From: Salinivirgaceae bacterium
Lineage (GTDB): Bacteria; Bacteroidota; Bacteroidia; Bacteroidales; SZUA-534
Length of the DNA: 64,000 nt
NCBI GenBank assembly: GCA_041664345.1
Contig: JBAYKX010000019.1
Coordinates: 13,033 to 77,032, forward strand
Reading direction: 5' to 3'
The notes under the pieces are model-generated. The model was given only the letters and a program-made list of their open reading frames with translations, was not told the origin of the DNA and did no database searches. This document shows, one piece after another, positions 38,119-47,071 of this stretch (its first letter is position 1; each line of letters starts with the position of its first letter). The position numbers and the translations under genes are program-made.

Positions 38119-39507
38119 ATGGAAAGCAGTAACGAAAAGAAGCTTTTAAATAAAGGTATCCGGGCTTTTTTTGTAGTTTTTACTTCAGTGGTTACCATCG
38201 GACTTTTTAGTGATATTTTACTTAAACAAAATTTACTTAAGGTCATTGATATCCTCAATTATGTAGGGATAGTTATTAATTCCATCGTTTTATTAGGCTA
38301 TTTTAAAAAGATATTGGATGTTCGGGTTGGTTTTGCCCTAGTTGCTTATTTTCTGGTATTAAATTCCTTTATTTCATCAACACTCAATATGTTATTACCC
38401 AATGGGTTGGAAATTTTTATGCGGGATTCTATTTTTTTAATTGTACTCATTGTTTTTAGTGCTTTCATAATTGGACGTCTCCATGCTTTACTGTTAAGTG
38501 CTATTTACATTAGTTATTTAGTGGCTTATACCTTTATTAGTAACAGCCCATTTTTATTAGCTAATTTTTCACTCATTGCATTTATTTATATAATGCTGGG
38601 TTTAATGCTCTACTTTTTAAAAACAGTTTTTGATTCAAAGATGAATGAAACGGAGCAATTACTTTCTCTTTTGAAGAATAGGAACGAAAATATTGAAAAC
38701 CAAAATATAGTTTTAAAAGAACAGTCTTTTGAATTATTGACTTTAAACGATGCATTGACAAGTAAAAAAGAACTTTTGGATGTCCAAAAGGAAGAATTAC
38801 AAAAAGTTAATGTAACCAAAGACAAGCTTTTCTCGATAGTAGCTCATGATTTAAAAGATTTAGTCAGTTCAATACATGGTTCTTCAATTTATTTGGAAGA
38901 TAAGTTCATTGATATGGATGATTTGAAAAAATATCAATTCATTTCAATTATAAATGAAAGTACGCAAAAACTATCTGAATTATTAGAAAACTTGCTGCAA
39001 TGGAGCCGAACGCAATCAAATAAAATAAGCTTTAACAAAGATAAATTGAGTTTATACCGTGTGGTTAATAAAGTAATTGAGCCAAATAAAATGAGGATGG
39101 AAGATAAAAATATTACCCTAATTAACACCATTCCAAAAGATTCATTTACCGAAGGCGATGCTCAATTGTTGTTTATTATTTTCCATAATCTAATAAGTAA
39201 TGCCATTAAGTTTACTTCATCGGGTGGAACCATTGAAGTTGTATTGACTGATTTTGCCGATCATCAGTTAGTTGAGGTAAAAGATGATGGAATAGGAATG
39301 GAAAGTGAAAAATACGATTCCATATTTGAACTACAACCGGGAGAAAACCAAATTGGAACCACTGGTGAAAAAGGGACTGGACTTGGTTTGACTTTGTGTA
39401 AAGAATTTGTAGAAATGCATGGAGGCAAAATAGGAGCTAAGCCTAATTCAGATAAAGGGTCAATTTTTTGGTTTGTTTTACCTAAACAGGATTCTCAGAA
39501 CCAATGA
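38119..39507 (+). CDS. Membrane sensor histidine kinase (orphan)
   Basis: It has multiple N-terminal TM helices, a coiled coil, the H-box FSIVAHDLKD, the N-box NLISNAIKF, G1 DDGIGM and G2 GTGLGL. No adjacent response regulator is present. Confidence 0.9.
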   Translation: MESSNEKKLLNKGIRAFFVVFTSVVTIGLFSDILLKQNLLKVIDILNYVGIVINSIVLLGYFKKILDVRVGFALVAYFLVLNSFISSTLNMLLPNGLEIFMRDSIFLIVLIVFSAFIIGRLHALLLSAIYISYLVAYTFISNSPFLLANFSLIAFIYIMLGLMLYFLKTVFDSKMNETEQLLSLLKNRNENIENQNIVLKEQSFELLTLNDALTSKKELLDVQKEELQKVNVTKDKLFSIVAHDLKDLVSSIHGSSIYLEDKFIDMDDLKKYQFISIINESTQKLSELLENLLQWSRTQSNKISFNKDKLSLYRVVNKVIEPNKMRMEDKNITLINTIPKDSFTEGDAQLLFIIFHNLISNAIKFTSSGGTIEVVLTDFADHQLVEVKDDGIGMESEKYDSIFELQPGENQIGTTGEKGTGLGLTLCKEFVEMHGGKIGAKPNSDKGSIFWFVLPKQDSQNQ

Positions 39508-39514
39508 AAATAGG

Positions 39515-40048
39515 TTATTGTTGGTTACCACTTTTAAAGCTAGTACTATATTTCTGAAAATCAACATTTTTTTCGTATAACGAATTCCAGATATAAATTA
39601 ACAACGGCTCCATTTGTTCCGGTTTTTGATATCCGGGAACGGCAGTAATCAACTGATTTTTTTCGTTCATAAATACAATGGAAGGGTACGATAGTTTACC
39701 GTTCAATAAAGCTACTGCCAGTTGATGAACCGGACGACTTCCTTGTCCATCATTAATAAAGGTATGCCCTTCAAAGGTTATCGGTTCTTTCGATTCGGCA
39801 TTAAACTTAACCGGATAGTATTTTTCACTAAGAATTTTCGCAATCAACGGGTTCTGAAAAGTTTCCTTATCCATTACCTTGCACCAGCCGCACCAATCAG
39901 TATAAACATCAATAATAATTTTACGGGGAGCTTTTTGGTTTAATGTTACGGCTTCCTGAAAAGTGTACCATTTAACTTCCTGTGCCATTGTGGTATAAAC
40001 CGATAGGGAAAATAACCCAATGACTATGAATAATTTTATTGCTTGCAT
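39515..40048 (-). CDS. Exported thioredoxin-fold protein (WCGWC)
   Basis: It has a signal peptide and the DVYTDWCGWCKVMD active site. Confidence 0.75.
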   Translation of the reverse strand: MQAIKLFIVIGLFSLSVYTTMAQEVKWYTFQEAVTLNQKAPRKIIIDVYTDWCGWCKVMDKETFQNPLIAKILSEKYYPVKFNAESKEPITFEGHTFINDGQGSRPVHQLAVALLNGKLSYPSIVFMNEKNQLITAVPGYQKPEQMEPLLIYIWNSLYEKNVDFQKYSTSFKSGNQQ

Positions 40049-40199
40049 AATTGTAATTTTTCAAGTGGTAAAGAAAATGTATTTATTAGTAACAAACAAC
40101 TCAAAAATAGGTTACCAAAAAACAAGAGGCCCTGAATTCGATGGTATCAAATAACTTTTTAAAATGAATTACTTATTGGATATTATTGTCTTTATTGCT

Positions 40200-40207
40200 T
40201 AAATTTG
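40200..40207 (+). promoter_or_regulatory. Candidate -7 promoter box (TAAATTTG)
   Basis: Matches TAnnTTTG, 30 nt upstream of the 40238 ATG. Confidence 0.4.
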
Positions 40208-40237
40208 GGGTTATGTATATAATTCATTTTCAAATTT

Positions 40238-41437
40238 ATGCCAAAAATTAAATACATTGCCGTATTGATTTTTCTGTTGTATTCAAAATTAATTTTGGCA
40301 CAGTCAACCATTGAATTTTCCGGAATTAGCTGGAATGTGAGAAGTGGTGTTGGCGGGCCTGGCCCCAATAATTGGTCCGATAATCCTAAAAATGTTTGGG
40401 TGGACTCTTTGGGCCGGTTACACTTAAAAATAACAAAGGAAGGAAATACTTGGTATTGTTCCGAAATTTACACCCAACAATCTATTGGCTATGGCAAATA
40501 CCTGTTTTATTTAGCTGAAAATCCACTTGATTACGATCCGAATATTGTGGTTGGCTTATTTACTTACGAATCGGATACCAAAGAAATAGATATTGAGTTT
40601 TCGCAGTGGGCCGATACTAATAGTTTGAATGGTTGGTACACGGTGCAACCACCGCCTTACAACAATAGCAATCAAAATAGTTTTTCAGCAAACCTAAAAA
40701 AGGGCAACACTACCCATAAATTTAATTGGAGTGCCGATAGTATTCATTTTCAAAGTTATAGTGGTAATTACCGGTTGTTGCCATCCCCTGATTCGTTAAT
40801 AAATGAGTGGACTTATTCAGGAAACAGCAATCCACCTGCCGGAAACGAAAGACTACATATTAATTTTTGGCTTTTTAAAGGCAATATGCCACAAAATCAG
40901 CTAGATGCTGAATTAGTGGTTAACGCAGTATTTGTACCTTCAGGTTCATTGTCAATTTCTATTTTGCCCCTTGAAGTTATTAATAAGGGTGCAAAGTGGA
41001 ATGTAGATAATGGTCCATGGCTTAAGAGCGACTCAATATTGGCTTCAGTTACCGATGGTTATCATACAATAAGATTTAATGATGTATCAGGATGGAGCAC
41101 TCCTTTAAGCCGAAATATAAAAGTTGATGACAAGATAGAATTTCACGAAACTGTAAATTATAGCATTATTAATACGATAACTTCAAAACCAGAAATTCCA
41201 AAACTTGATATATTTCCTATTCCTGTTGATGACTTTTTACATTTAGTAGAGCTTGTACCAAGTAATGGAATAAAGAATATTACTGTTTGCAATTCAATGG
41301 GGCAAATTATTTTGAGCACTAAAATTAATAATTCAAAAGCCGAAATAAACGTGTCGAGCTTTAAGGAAGGACTGTATTATTTGGATATATTGTTAATTGA
41401 CAATACGGTGGTAAAAAAATGTTTCATTAAAAGGTAA
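40238..41437 (+). CDS. GH16-like (concanavalin-fold) glycoside hydrolase with T9SS CTD
   Basis: It has the EIDIEFS motif (ExDxxE pattern of GH16) and a C-terminal CTD-like tail (DIFPIPVDDFLHL...GLYYLDILLIDNTVVKKCFIKR). Confidence 0.6.
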   Translation: MPKIKYIAVLIFLLYSKLILAQSTIEFSGISWNVRSGVGGPGPNNWSDNPKNVWVDSLGRLHLKITKEGNTWYCSEIYTQQSIGYGKYLFYLAENPLDYDPNIVVGLFTYESDTKEIDIEFSQWADTNSLNGWYTVQPPPYNNSNQNSFSANLKKGNTTHKFNWSADSIHFQSYSGNYRLLPSPDSLINEWTYSGNSNPPAGNERLHINFWLFKGNMPQNQLDAELVVNAVFVPSGSLSISILPLEVINKGAKWNVDNGPWLKSDSILASVTDGYHTIRFNDVSGWSTPLSRNIKVDDKIEFHETVNYSIINTITSKPEIPKLDIFPIPVDDFLHLVELVPSNGIKNITVCNSMGQIILSTKINNSKAEINVSSFKEGLYYLDILLIDNTVVKKCFIKR

Positions 41438-41644
41438 TGTTGTTTACTGGTTTTCCTAGGACTCTGTTTCAGTCAGCAATGTAGGCAACAAACAACATAA
41501 AAAAATACGTTCAATTGGAAACTTGGGTTTTCAAGGAATTTATTTTTAATGTTAAAGAGATAACTCATTGGATTATTAAAATATTCCATTACTTTTGGCC
41601 AAAACCAAATGCTTTCCAAATAGTAACATAAAAATATAAATCGG

Positions 41645-42574
41645 ATGAATAAGATAGTTATTGGACTTGCAATTTGCACAGTTGCAATTAGTTGTACAAC
41701 ACAGCAGAAAGTGGTTAAGGTTGAACCACAAATTCAAGAAATAAAACTGGAAGTACAATCGCTTAAACGGAAAGTTGCTATTGCGCGTTTTTCAAATGAA
41801 ACACAATACGCAAAGGGTGTGTTTTACGACAAAGATAATGACCCGATTGGTAAACAGGCGGTTGATATTTTATCTACAAAACTTGCATCAACTAATAAGT
41901 TTATATTGTTGGAACGGCAGGGTATGGATAAAATTATAGAGGAGTTAAATCTTGCTGGGAATGAAGGTTTACAAAAAGTTGGTGCTGACTATTTAATAAT
42001 TGGTTCTGTTACGGAATTCGGAAGAAAGAATGTAGGTGACGTGAATGCTTTTTCAAGAAGTAAAACTCAGACAGTACAAGCAGGAGTGAGCATTCGTTTG
42101 GTAGATGTTTCGACTGGACAGATAATTTATTCAGAAGAAGCTAAGGGTGAAGCCGAAACTACCAATAAAACAGTGATGGGATTAGGAGAACAAGCCGATT
42201 ATGACGCTACACTTAGTGATAAAGCAATTTCAGCAGCAATATCAAAACTGGTTGAAAATATTATCAATAACTGCATGGATAGACCTTGGAAATCATATTT
42301 TCTCTCGTATGATGAAAATGGAATTATAATTTCAGGAGGTAAAAGTCAGGGCTTGAAGGTTGGTGATACCTATGATGTTATTGAAAGAGGTAAAAGTATT
42401 AAAAATCCCCAAACTGGTATGATGATTGACTTACCTGGTAAATCAGTTGGGAAAATTAAAATTGACTTTGTAGGGGGTGATAATCCCCAAAGTGAATTCT
42501 CGATGATTTCATTTACAGAAGGCAATATCGACCCCCAAAATTTAAGTAACTATCATATTAAAGAGATTAAATAA
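41645..42574 (+). CDS. CsgG/HfaB-family lipoprotein
   Basis: It has a lipobox (AISC). The region VAIARFSNET...GKQAVDILSTKLASTNKFILLERQGMDKIIEE...ADYLIIGSVTEF is typical of the CsgG fold family. Confidence 0.7.
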   Translation: MNKIVIGLAICTVAISCTTQQKVVKVEPQIQEIKLEVQSLKRKVAIARFSNETQYAKGVFYDKDNDPIGKQAVDILSTKLASTNKFILLERQGMDKIIEELNLAGNEGLQKVGADYLIIGSVTEFGRKNVGDVNAFSRSKTQTVQAGVSIRLVDVSTGQIIYSEEAKGEAETTNKTVMGLGEQADYDATLSDKAISAAISKLVENIINNCMDRPWKSYFLSYDENGIIISGGKSQGLKVGDTYDVIERGKSIKNPQTGMMIDLPGKSVGKIKIDFVGGDNPQSEFSMISFTEGNIDPQNLSNYHIKEIK

Positions 42575-42906
42575 TGAAAAAAATACTTTTTGTTATGGCA
42601 ATAGGTTTGATAATTCTTACAAATTGCACAGGTGTAAAAACGGTAACTACGGGTTTAGAAAATGAATCTTTCTTGGAATTTATTGGAAAATCCAATATTT
42701 ATAAGGATGGAGTTGATATAACCATTGATGATAAAACCACTTTTAAGGCCGAGGTAAATAAAGACCATACTGACCGCCCCAAAGGCAAAATTTATGCAAT
42801 ATCGACAGGAACGCATGTAGTTACTGTTACTTATAATAATAATGTGATTTTTAAAAAACAAATATTTATTTCAGCACAAGAAACCAAAAAAATAATTTTA
42901 CCATGA
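42574..42906 (+). CDS. Small hypothetical lipoprotein
   Basis: It has a lipobox (LTNC). TAATG overlaps with the upstream gene and ATGA with the downstream gene. Confidence 0.55.
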   Translation: MKKILFVMAIGLIILTNCTGVKTVTTGLENESFLEFIGKSNIYKDGVDITIDDKTTFKAEVNKDHTDRPKGKIYAISTGTHVVTVTYNNNVIFKKQIFISAQETKKIILP

Positions 42907-43247
42907 AAAAAATAGTTTTTATTTCAATTTCCGTTTTGTTATTGGTATCATGCAGCCCCCAAATGAATTTGTATTCATGGGACAAGTATGAAACCACAAG
43001 CTATAATTATTTGAAAAACAACGATGAAAAGTCCACTCAAGAATTGATAGAAACATATCAAAAAATAATTGAAAAACAAAGAGGAACAAGAGGTGTGGTT
43101 CCACCGGGGATTTATGCTGATTATGGGTTTATATTGCTTCAAGCAAATAAAACATCAGAAGGCAAAGAATTACTTTTAAAAGAGGTTGCATTGTATCCCG
43201 AATCAAAAATATTTATTGACAGAATTTTAAAAATGATTGAAAAATGA
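42903..43247 (+). CDS. DUF4810-like lipoprotein
   Basis: It has a lipobox (LVSC). LYSWDKYE...PPGIYADYGFILLQ...ALYPES follows the DUF4810 pattern. Confidence 0.55.
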   Translation: MKKIVFISISVLLLVSCSPQMNLYSWDKYETTSYNYLKNNDEKSTQELIETYQKIIEKQRGTRGVVPPGIYADYGFILLQANKTSEGKELLLKEVALYPESKIFIDRILKMIEK

Positions 43248-43939
43248 AAAAAATACTATTTTATATTGTTGTTGGAAGCGCTTTTTTATCAAGTTGCACT
43301 ACCACAACACCAATTACAAAATCGGTAGCCTATAAAGGAATGTACGCTGAAAAACCATTGACCATTTTGTTGATGCCACCAATAAATAAAAGTACGAATG
43401 TTGAGGCAAAAGAATATTTTCACTCTACCCTTAGCATACCAGTTGCGAACTCAGGTTTTTATGTTATTCCTACCTTTCTTTCAATGGAAATATTAAAAAA
43501 AGAAAGTGCGTATGATGCAGAGTTATTTTTGAATTCCCCATTATCTAAATTTGGTGAAGTATTTGGTGCAGATCTGGCATTATTTACTATAATACATAAG
43601 TGGGACAAATCAGGAATTGCTGCTAAAGTTTATGTTGATGTAGAATATATCATCAAATCGGTTAAAACCAACGATATTATTTACACAAGGAGGGGTGATG
43701 TTACCTACGATGCATCTATTTCAACTGGTGCAGGAGGCTTAGCTGGATTAGTTGCCAATATTGCCTTGTCAGCAATTAATACATCGTTAACAAAATATGT
43801 TGATGTAGCAAGAGCTTGTAATGCATATACATTTAAAGATTTGCCAACAGGCAAATATAGCCCAAAACATAATATTGATGGCGAAGAGTTATCTGGAAAG
43901 AAGTATTTTAAAGCAATGCTGAATAAAAATTACAGATAA
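43244..43939 (+). CDS. DUF799 / GNA1162-like lipoprotein
   Basis: It has a lipobox (LSSC). LTILLMPPINKSTNVEAKEYF...GFYVIP...FGADLALFTIIHKWD follows the GNA1162 family pattern. Confidence 0.6.
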   Translation: MKKILFYIVVGSAFLSSCTTTTPITKSVAYKGMYAEKPLTILLMPPINKSTNVEAKEYFHSTLSIPVANSGFYVIPTFLSMEILKKESAYDAELFLNSPLSKFGEVFGADLALFTIIHKWDKSGIAAKVYVDVEYIIKSVKTNDIIYTRRGDVTYDASISTGAGGLAGLVANIALSAINTSLTKYVDVARACNAYTFKDLPTGKYSPKHNIDGEELSGKKYFKAMLNKNYR

Positions 43940-43970
43940 TCAAATAGTTACTTTGCTAAAGTTGCGCTTT

Positions 43971-44064
43971 TTCATTAAAGGGTTCAGCGGTTTTCGGAAA
44001 TTTCCTTCTGAACAAATAATGTGACAGGAGAGAGCCGAACGAACTAAATTTACCCTTTAATGAA
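43971..44064. repeat. Nested palindromic element between convergent genes
   Basis: It has a perfect 13-bp inverted repeat, ttcattaaagggt (43971..43983) / accctttaatgaa (44052..44064). This encloses the inner hairpin gttcag...ctgaac and the 10-nt palindrome ggaaatttcc. Confidence 0.7.
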
Positions 44065-44148
44065 TTTTGCGTTTGCAATTAGAAACAGAACAAAAAACAA
44101 ATATTTTGATCATTTCTATCGTTGTTTTTTCTCTAGTATTTTTTTTTT

Positions 44149-44766
44149 TCATTTCTCAAGCACCACAATATGGTTTACCAACGAATGATTGTTTATTTCA
44201 TATACAATTGTTAAACCGGCTTTTTTAGCCAAATAAGCAATACCCCCATTTTTCATGTAGCTTTTGTAATTCCGGTAATGGTCGGTTCCTGCTAAAAACT
44301 CAATGCCTCTGCTTATATGGCCTTCAATCTTTTTAGTTCTTGGAAAAACATAGTCGCCAATAATAATTTTATCGGCAACCTTAGCAATTTCATTCAGCAA
44401 TGGTATCCTTTCTTCTTCATCCACTTCGTGAATTACATAGGTTAACACGGCATAGTCAAAAGGTTTTTGCCCATTAACCGGCAATTCGCTTACGTAACTA
44501 TGCCTAAAGGATAGCTTGCTGTTCGGTTGCTTTTGCAAGGTACGGTTGGCCCGGTCAATATTCCGTGTTGAGAGATCGATTCCTAAAACTGATTCGCAGG
44601 AATCAGCCAGTGCAAAAGCCAACCGTCCGGTTCCGCAGCCCACATCCAATATTTTCGATTGTGGTTCAATGATGCTGTTAATTTGCCCGAATAGGGTATC
44701 TTGATTGGGCGCAATAACCGTATCGTAAAACCAGCCATCGTACCAGTGATTTTTGTTTTCTGCCAT
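44149..44766 (-). CDS. Class I SAM-dependent methyltransferase
   Basis: It has motif I LDVGCGTGRLA and an acidic post-I loop. Confidence 0.85.
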   Translation of the reverse strand: MAENKNHWYDGWFYDTVIAPNQDTLFGQINSIIEPQSKILDVGCGTGRLAFALADSCESVLGIDLSTRNIDRANRTLQKQPNSKLSFRHSYVSELPVNGQKPFDYAVLTYVIHEVDEEERIPLLNEIAKVADKIIIGDYVFPRTKKIEGHISRGIEFLAGTDHYRNYKSYMKNGGIAYLAKKAGLTIVYEINNHSLVNHIVVLEK

Positions 44767-44770
44767 GTTG

Positions 44771-45268
44771 TTAAATTTTATAGGTCAAACTACCATTAGG
44801 GCAGGCAGCTACACACTGCAAACATTTGGAGCAGGTGTATGAATTGCCCGGCCTGATTTGGGATGGCTTATACAGGCTGAATTTTTGGGGCTCCATGGCA
44901 ACTATGTAGCATTTCTTGTCGCATATGCCACAATTCTTGCAGCTATCGGCGTTAAGCTTAATTTTGAAAATGGAGTACCGATTTAACCAGCCCGAAACCC
45001 ATGCAATGGGGCAACCCAGTTTATGGTATTGGTACATTTGGCGTATTTTGCCATCGGGACTCAGGTTCATGAGCATTTCCATGATAAGCCCCATGGGGCA
45101 AACCCACCGACAAAACACTTTCCCGAAAACAGCGCCAAGCAATACACCTCCCAACAGCACATACCAAAGCGAAATATGGAATTGCGAAATGGCAATATAA
45201 AGGCCCACGCCTAAAAGAGAAAGAATGATTATCCGTTTATCAACCAATATTTTTAATAATTTTCGCAT
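44771..45268 (-). CDS. Membrane-anchored 4Fe-4S ferredoxin-like protein
   Basis: It has two TM helices and the Cys motifs CKNCGICDKKC and CSKCLQCVAACP. Confidence 0.7.
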   Translation of the reverse strand: MRKLLKILVDKRIIILSLLGVGLYIAISQFHISLWYVLLGGVLLGAVFGKVFCRWVCPMGLIMEMLMNLSPDGKIRQMYQYHKLGCPIAWVSGWLNRYSIFKIKLNADSCKNCGICDKKCYIVAMEPQKFSLYKPSQIRPGNSYTCSKCLQCVAACPNGSLTYKI

Positions 45269-45304
45269 AGTAATAAAATAGAGATGAATTTCAGTTTAAG
45301 TGTT

Positions 45305-46471
45305 CTATAATCCAGGTAGCCTAGGGAATAAACTTGTTTTTGTGATTTTTGAATAGAATCCCCATCCTCTTTTCATCCAATGGCCGATAAATGGCAATGG
45401 TATTACAAATGCTTTTTCGTTGTCCCTAAAAACAAAAGCGGCACCATTTCCAGTATCCATCACACAAAGTATATTCACGTGCTGTTTATATCCTTTTCTT
45501 TTTAATGAACCTTTATCGGTTTCAATAATATTGTGGGCTGCATTTCTTCCCATTAGTTCGGCTATATGTCCTTGCTTTGCTATCCATTCTGGGCCTTCAA
45601 GTGATGCTGTGTCTCCAATGGCATATATTGAAGAGGAGCCATGAACCAAACCGGTATCGTCAATAAGAACAAACCCAGCTTCACTCAATGGCAAATCGGA
45701 ATTCTTTAACACTGAATGCCCCGTAGCAGCAGATATAAACATGGTTAAATCAGACTCTATCTTGTAATCATCCTCAAAAATTACCCCATCACTCACAAAC
45801 TCAGCAATTTTCTTTCCGTACTTTGTATTTATGTTTGAAGCGCCCAACATTTTGCCCATCAGCTTAAGTGAACTCTTGCCCATACGGGCACCTGGTTCAT
45901 CCATGGGTGCAAATAAGGTGAGCTCAAAATTATTTCGGAGTTTTTTCTTTTTTAACAGGTTGTGTATATTGAACACTATTTCAAAAGCAGGACCTCCGCG
46001 AACAGCAGATTTATCATTTGGATTTCCGCCAAAACCGATAGCAATCTTGCCTTTCCCGTTTTGCAGAAGTTGGTCAATTTTGTCACGCAATGCTTCGGCC
46101 ATTTGAGGTTTTCCGCATATTGAAAGGGTATGTTCCATCCCTTTATGTTGCAGTTTTTCTGCACCAAAAGCTACTATTAGATAATCAAAGTCCAATATTT
46201 GGTTTTCGCAGTACACTTTCTTTTCTGCACTCTTTATACTTTTTACAGTATCTAAAACCAGTTCAAATGGATACTGCTTTTGTATTTTGCTCAGTGGTAC
46301 TTTTACATCTTCAAATTTCTTTATGCGGACAGGTACCCAAATCGAAATGGGATAGATATACAGGTAATCGCGATCGGATACTAAGGTTACTTCAAATTTT
46401 TTACTTCTGACTAGTTCAATAGCAGCTTGCACTCCAGCAAATCCGCCACCAAGAATCAATACTTTTTTCAT
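45305..46471 (-). CDS. FAD-dependent pyridine-nucleotide-disulfide oxidoreductase family (NDH-2/SQR-like)
   Basis: It has the N-terminal Rossmann KVLILGGGFAG and a second dinucleotide-binding region. Confidence 0.75.
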   Translation of the reverse strand: MKKVLILGGGFAGVQAAIELVRSKKFEVTLVSDRDYLYIYPISIWVPVRIKKFEDVKVPLSKIQKQYPFELVLDTVKSIKSAEKKVYCENQILDFDYLIVAFGAEKLQHKGMEHTLSICGKPQMAEALRDKIDQLLQNGKGKIAIGFGGNPNDKSAVRGGPAFEIVFNIHNLLKKKKLRNNFELTLFAPMDEPGARMGKSSLKLMGKMLGASNINTKYGKKIAEFVSDGVIFEDDYKIESDLTMFISAATGHSVLKNSDLPLSEAGFVLIDDTGLVHGSSSIYAIGDTASLEGPEWIAKQGHIAELMGRNAAHNIIETDKGSLKRKGYKQHVNILCVMDTGNGAAFVFRDNEKAFVIPLPFIGHWMKRGWGFYSKITKTSLFPRLPGL

Positions 46472-46639
46472 TTATGGAACTTTATAAGATTATTAAAATT
46501 CTGAATTAAAACTAATACCGTTATTGCATGCCATTGGCTATTAAAGTACTTTTTAAGTACCTATCTGCTTTGTTTTGAGTACTATAACTAGGGTAACCTA
46601 CCTTTTGAACCGGGTGAAATATAGGTTCCGATCCATTTG

Positions 46640-47050
46640 CTATTTTAACGGACCTATTACCGATTTTACTATTTCGAACGATTCGTCGGTGGCACTTTTT
46701 ATCGCCTCAACAGCGATGGCGGAATACCCGGTTGTCATGGCTGTCATGTTTAATAAAGTCACATAAGTTTTGCCATCAGCTTTTTCGTACACCGAAATGC
46801 GGCAGGGCATCATAACCGAAACAATCCGTTCATCGTCCTTTTCAAGCATTTTGCCTGAATATTCCGGTTTGCAAATCTCAACGACCTTAACAGGTAGCAC
46901 TGCTTTGCCCGATTTAGCCAATGATTGTTGAAGATCATGTACGGCTGGGTTTTGCCAGTTTTTTGCAGTAGCAGCAGCAATAAGCTTTTCAACGGTGGTA
47001 GCCACGTTAAAAGGGCTTACCTGTTCAATAATGATTTGATTCGAGTTCAT
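46640..47050 (-). CDS. DUF302 protein
   Basis: 136 aa. MMPCRISVYEKADGKTYV is typical of DUF302. Confidence 0.6.
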   Translation of the reverse strand: MNSNQIIIEQVSPFNVATTVEKLIAAATAKNWQNPAVHDLQQSLAKSGKAVLPVKVVEICKPEYSGKMLEKDDERIVSVMMPCRISVYEKADGKTYVTLLNMTAMTTGYSAIAVEAIKSATDESFEIVKSVIGPLK

Positions 47051-47071
47051 AGCTTGGTGGTTTATTTCTGA

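Noticed and set aside
43971-44064. SRP (4.5S) RNA or another known small RNA in the convergent gap.
   Set aside because: A GGAA loop is present. However, the conserved helix-8 internal-loop sequences (AGCA / CAGG-type) and flanking pairing of bacterial SRP RNA are absent on both strands.
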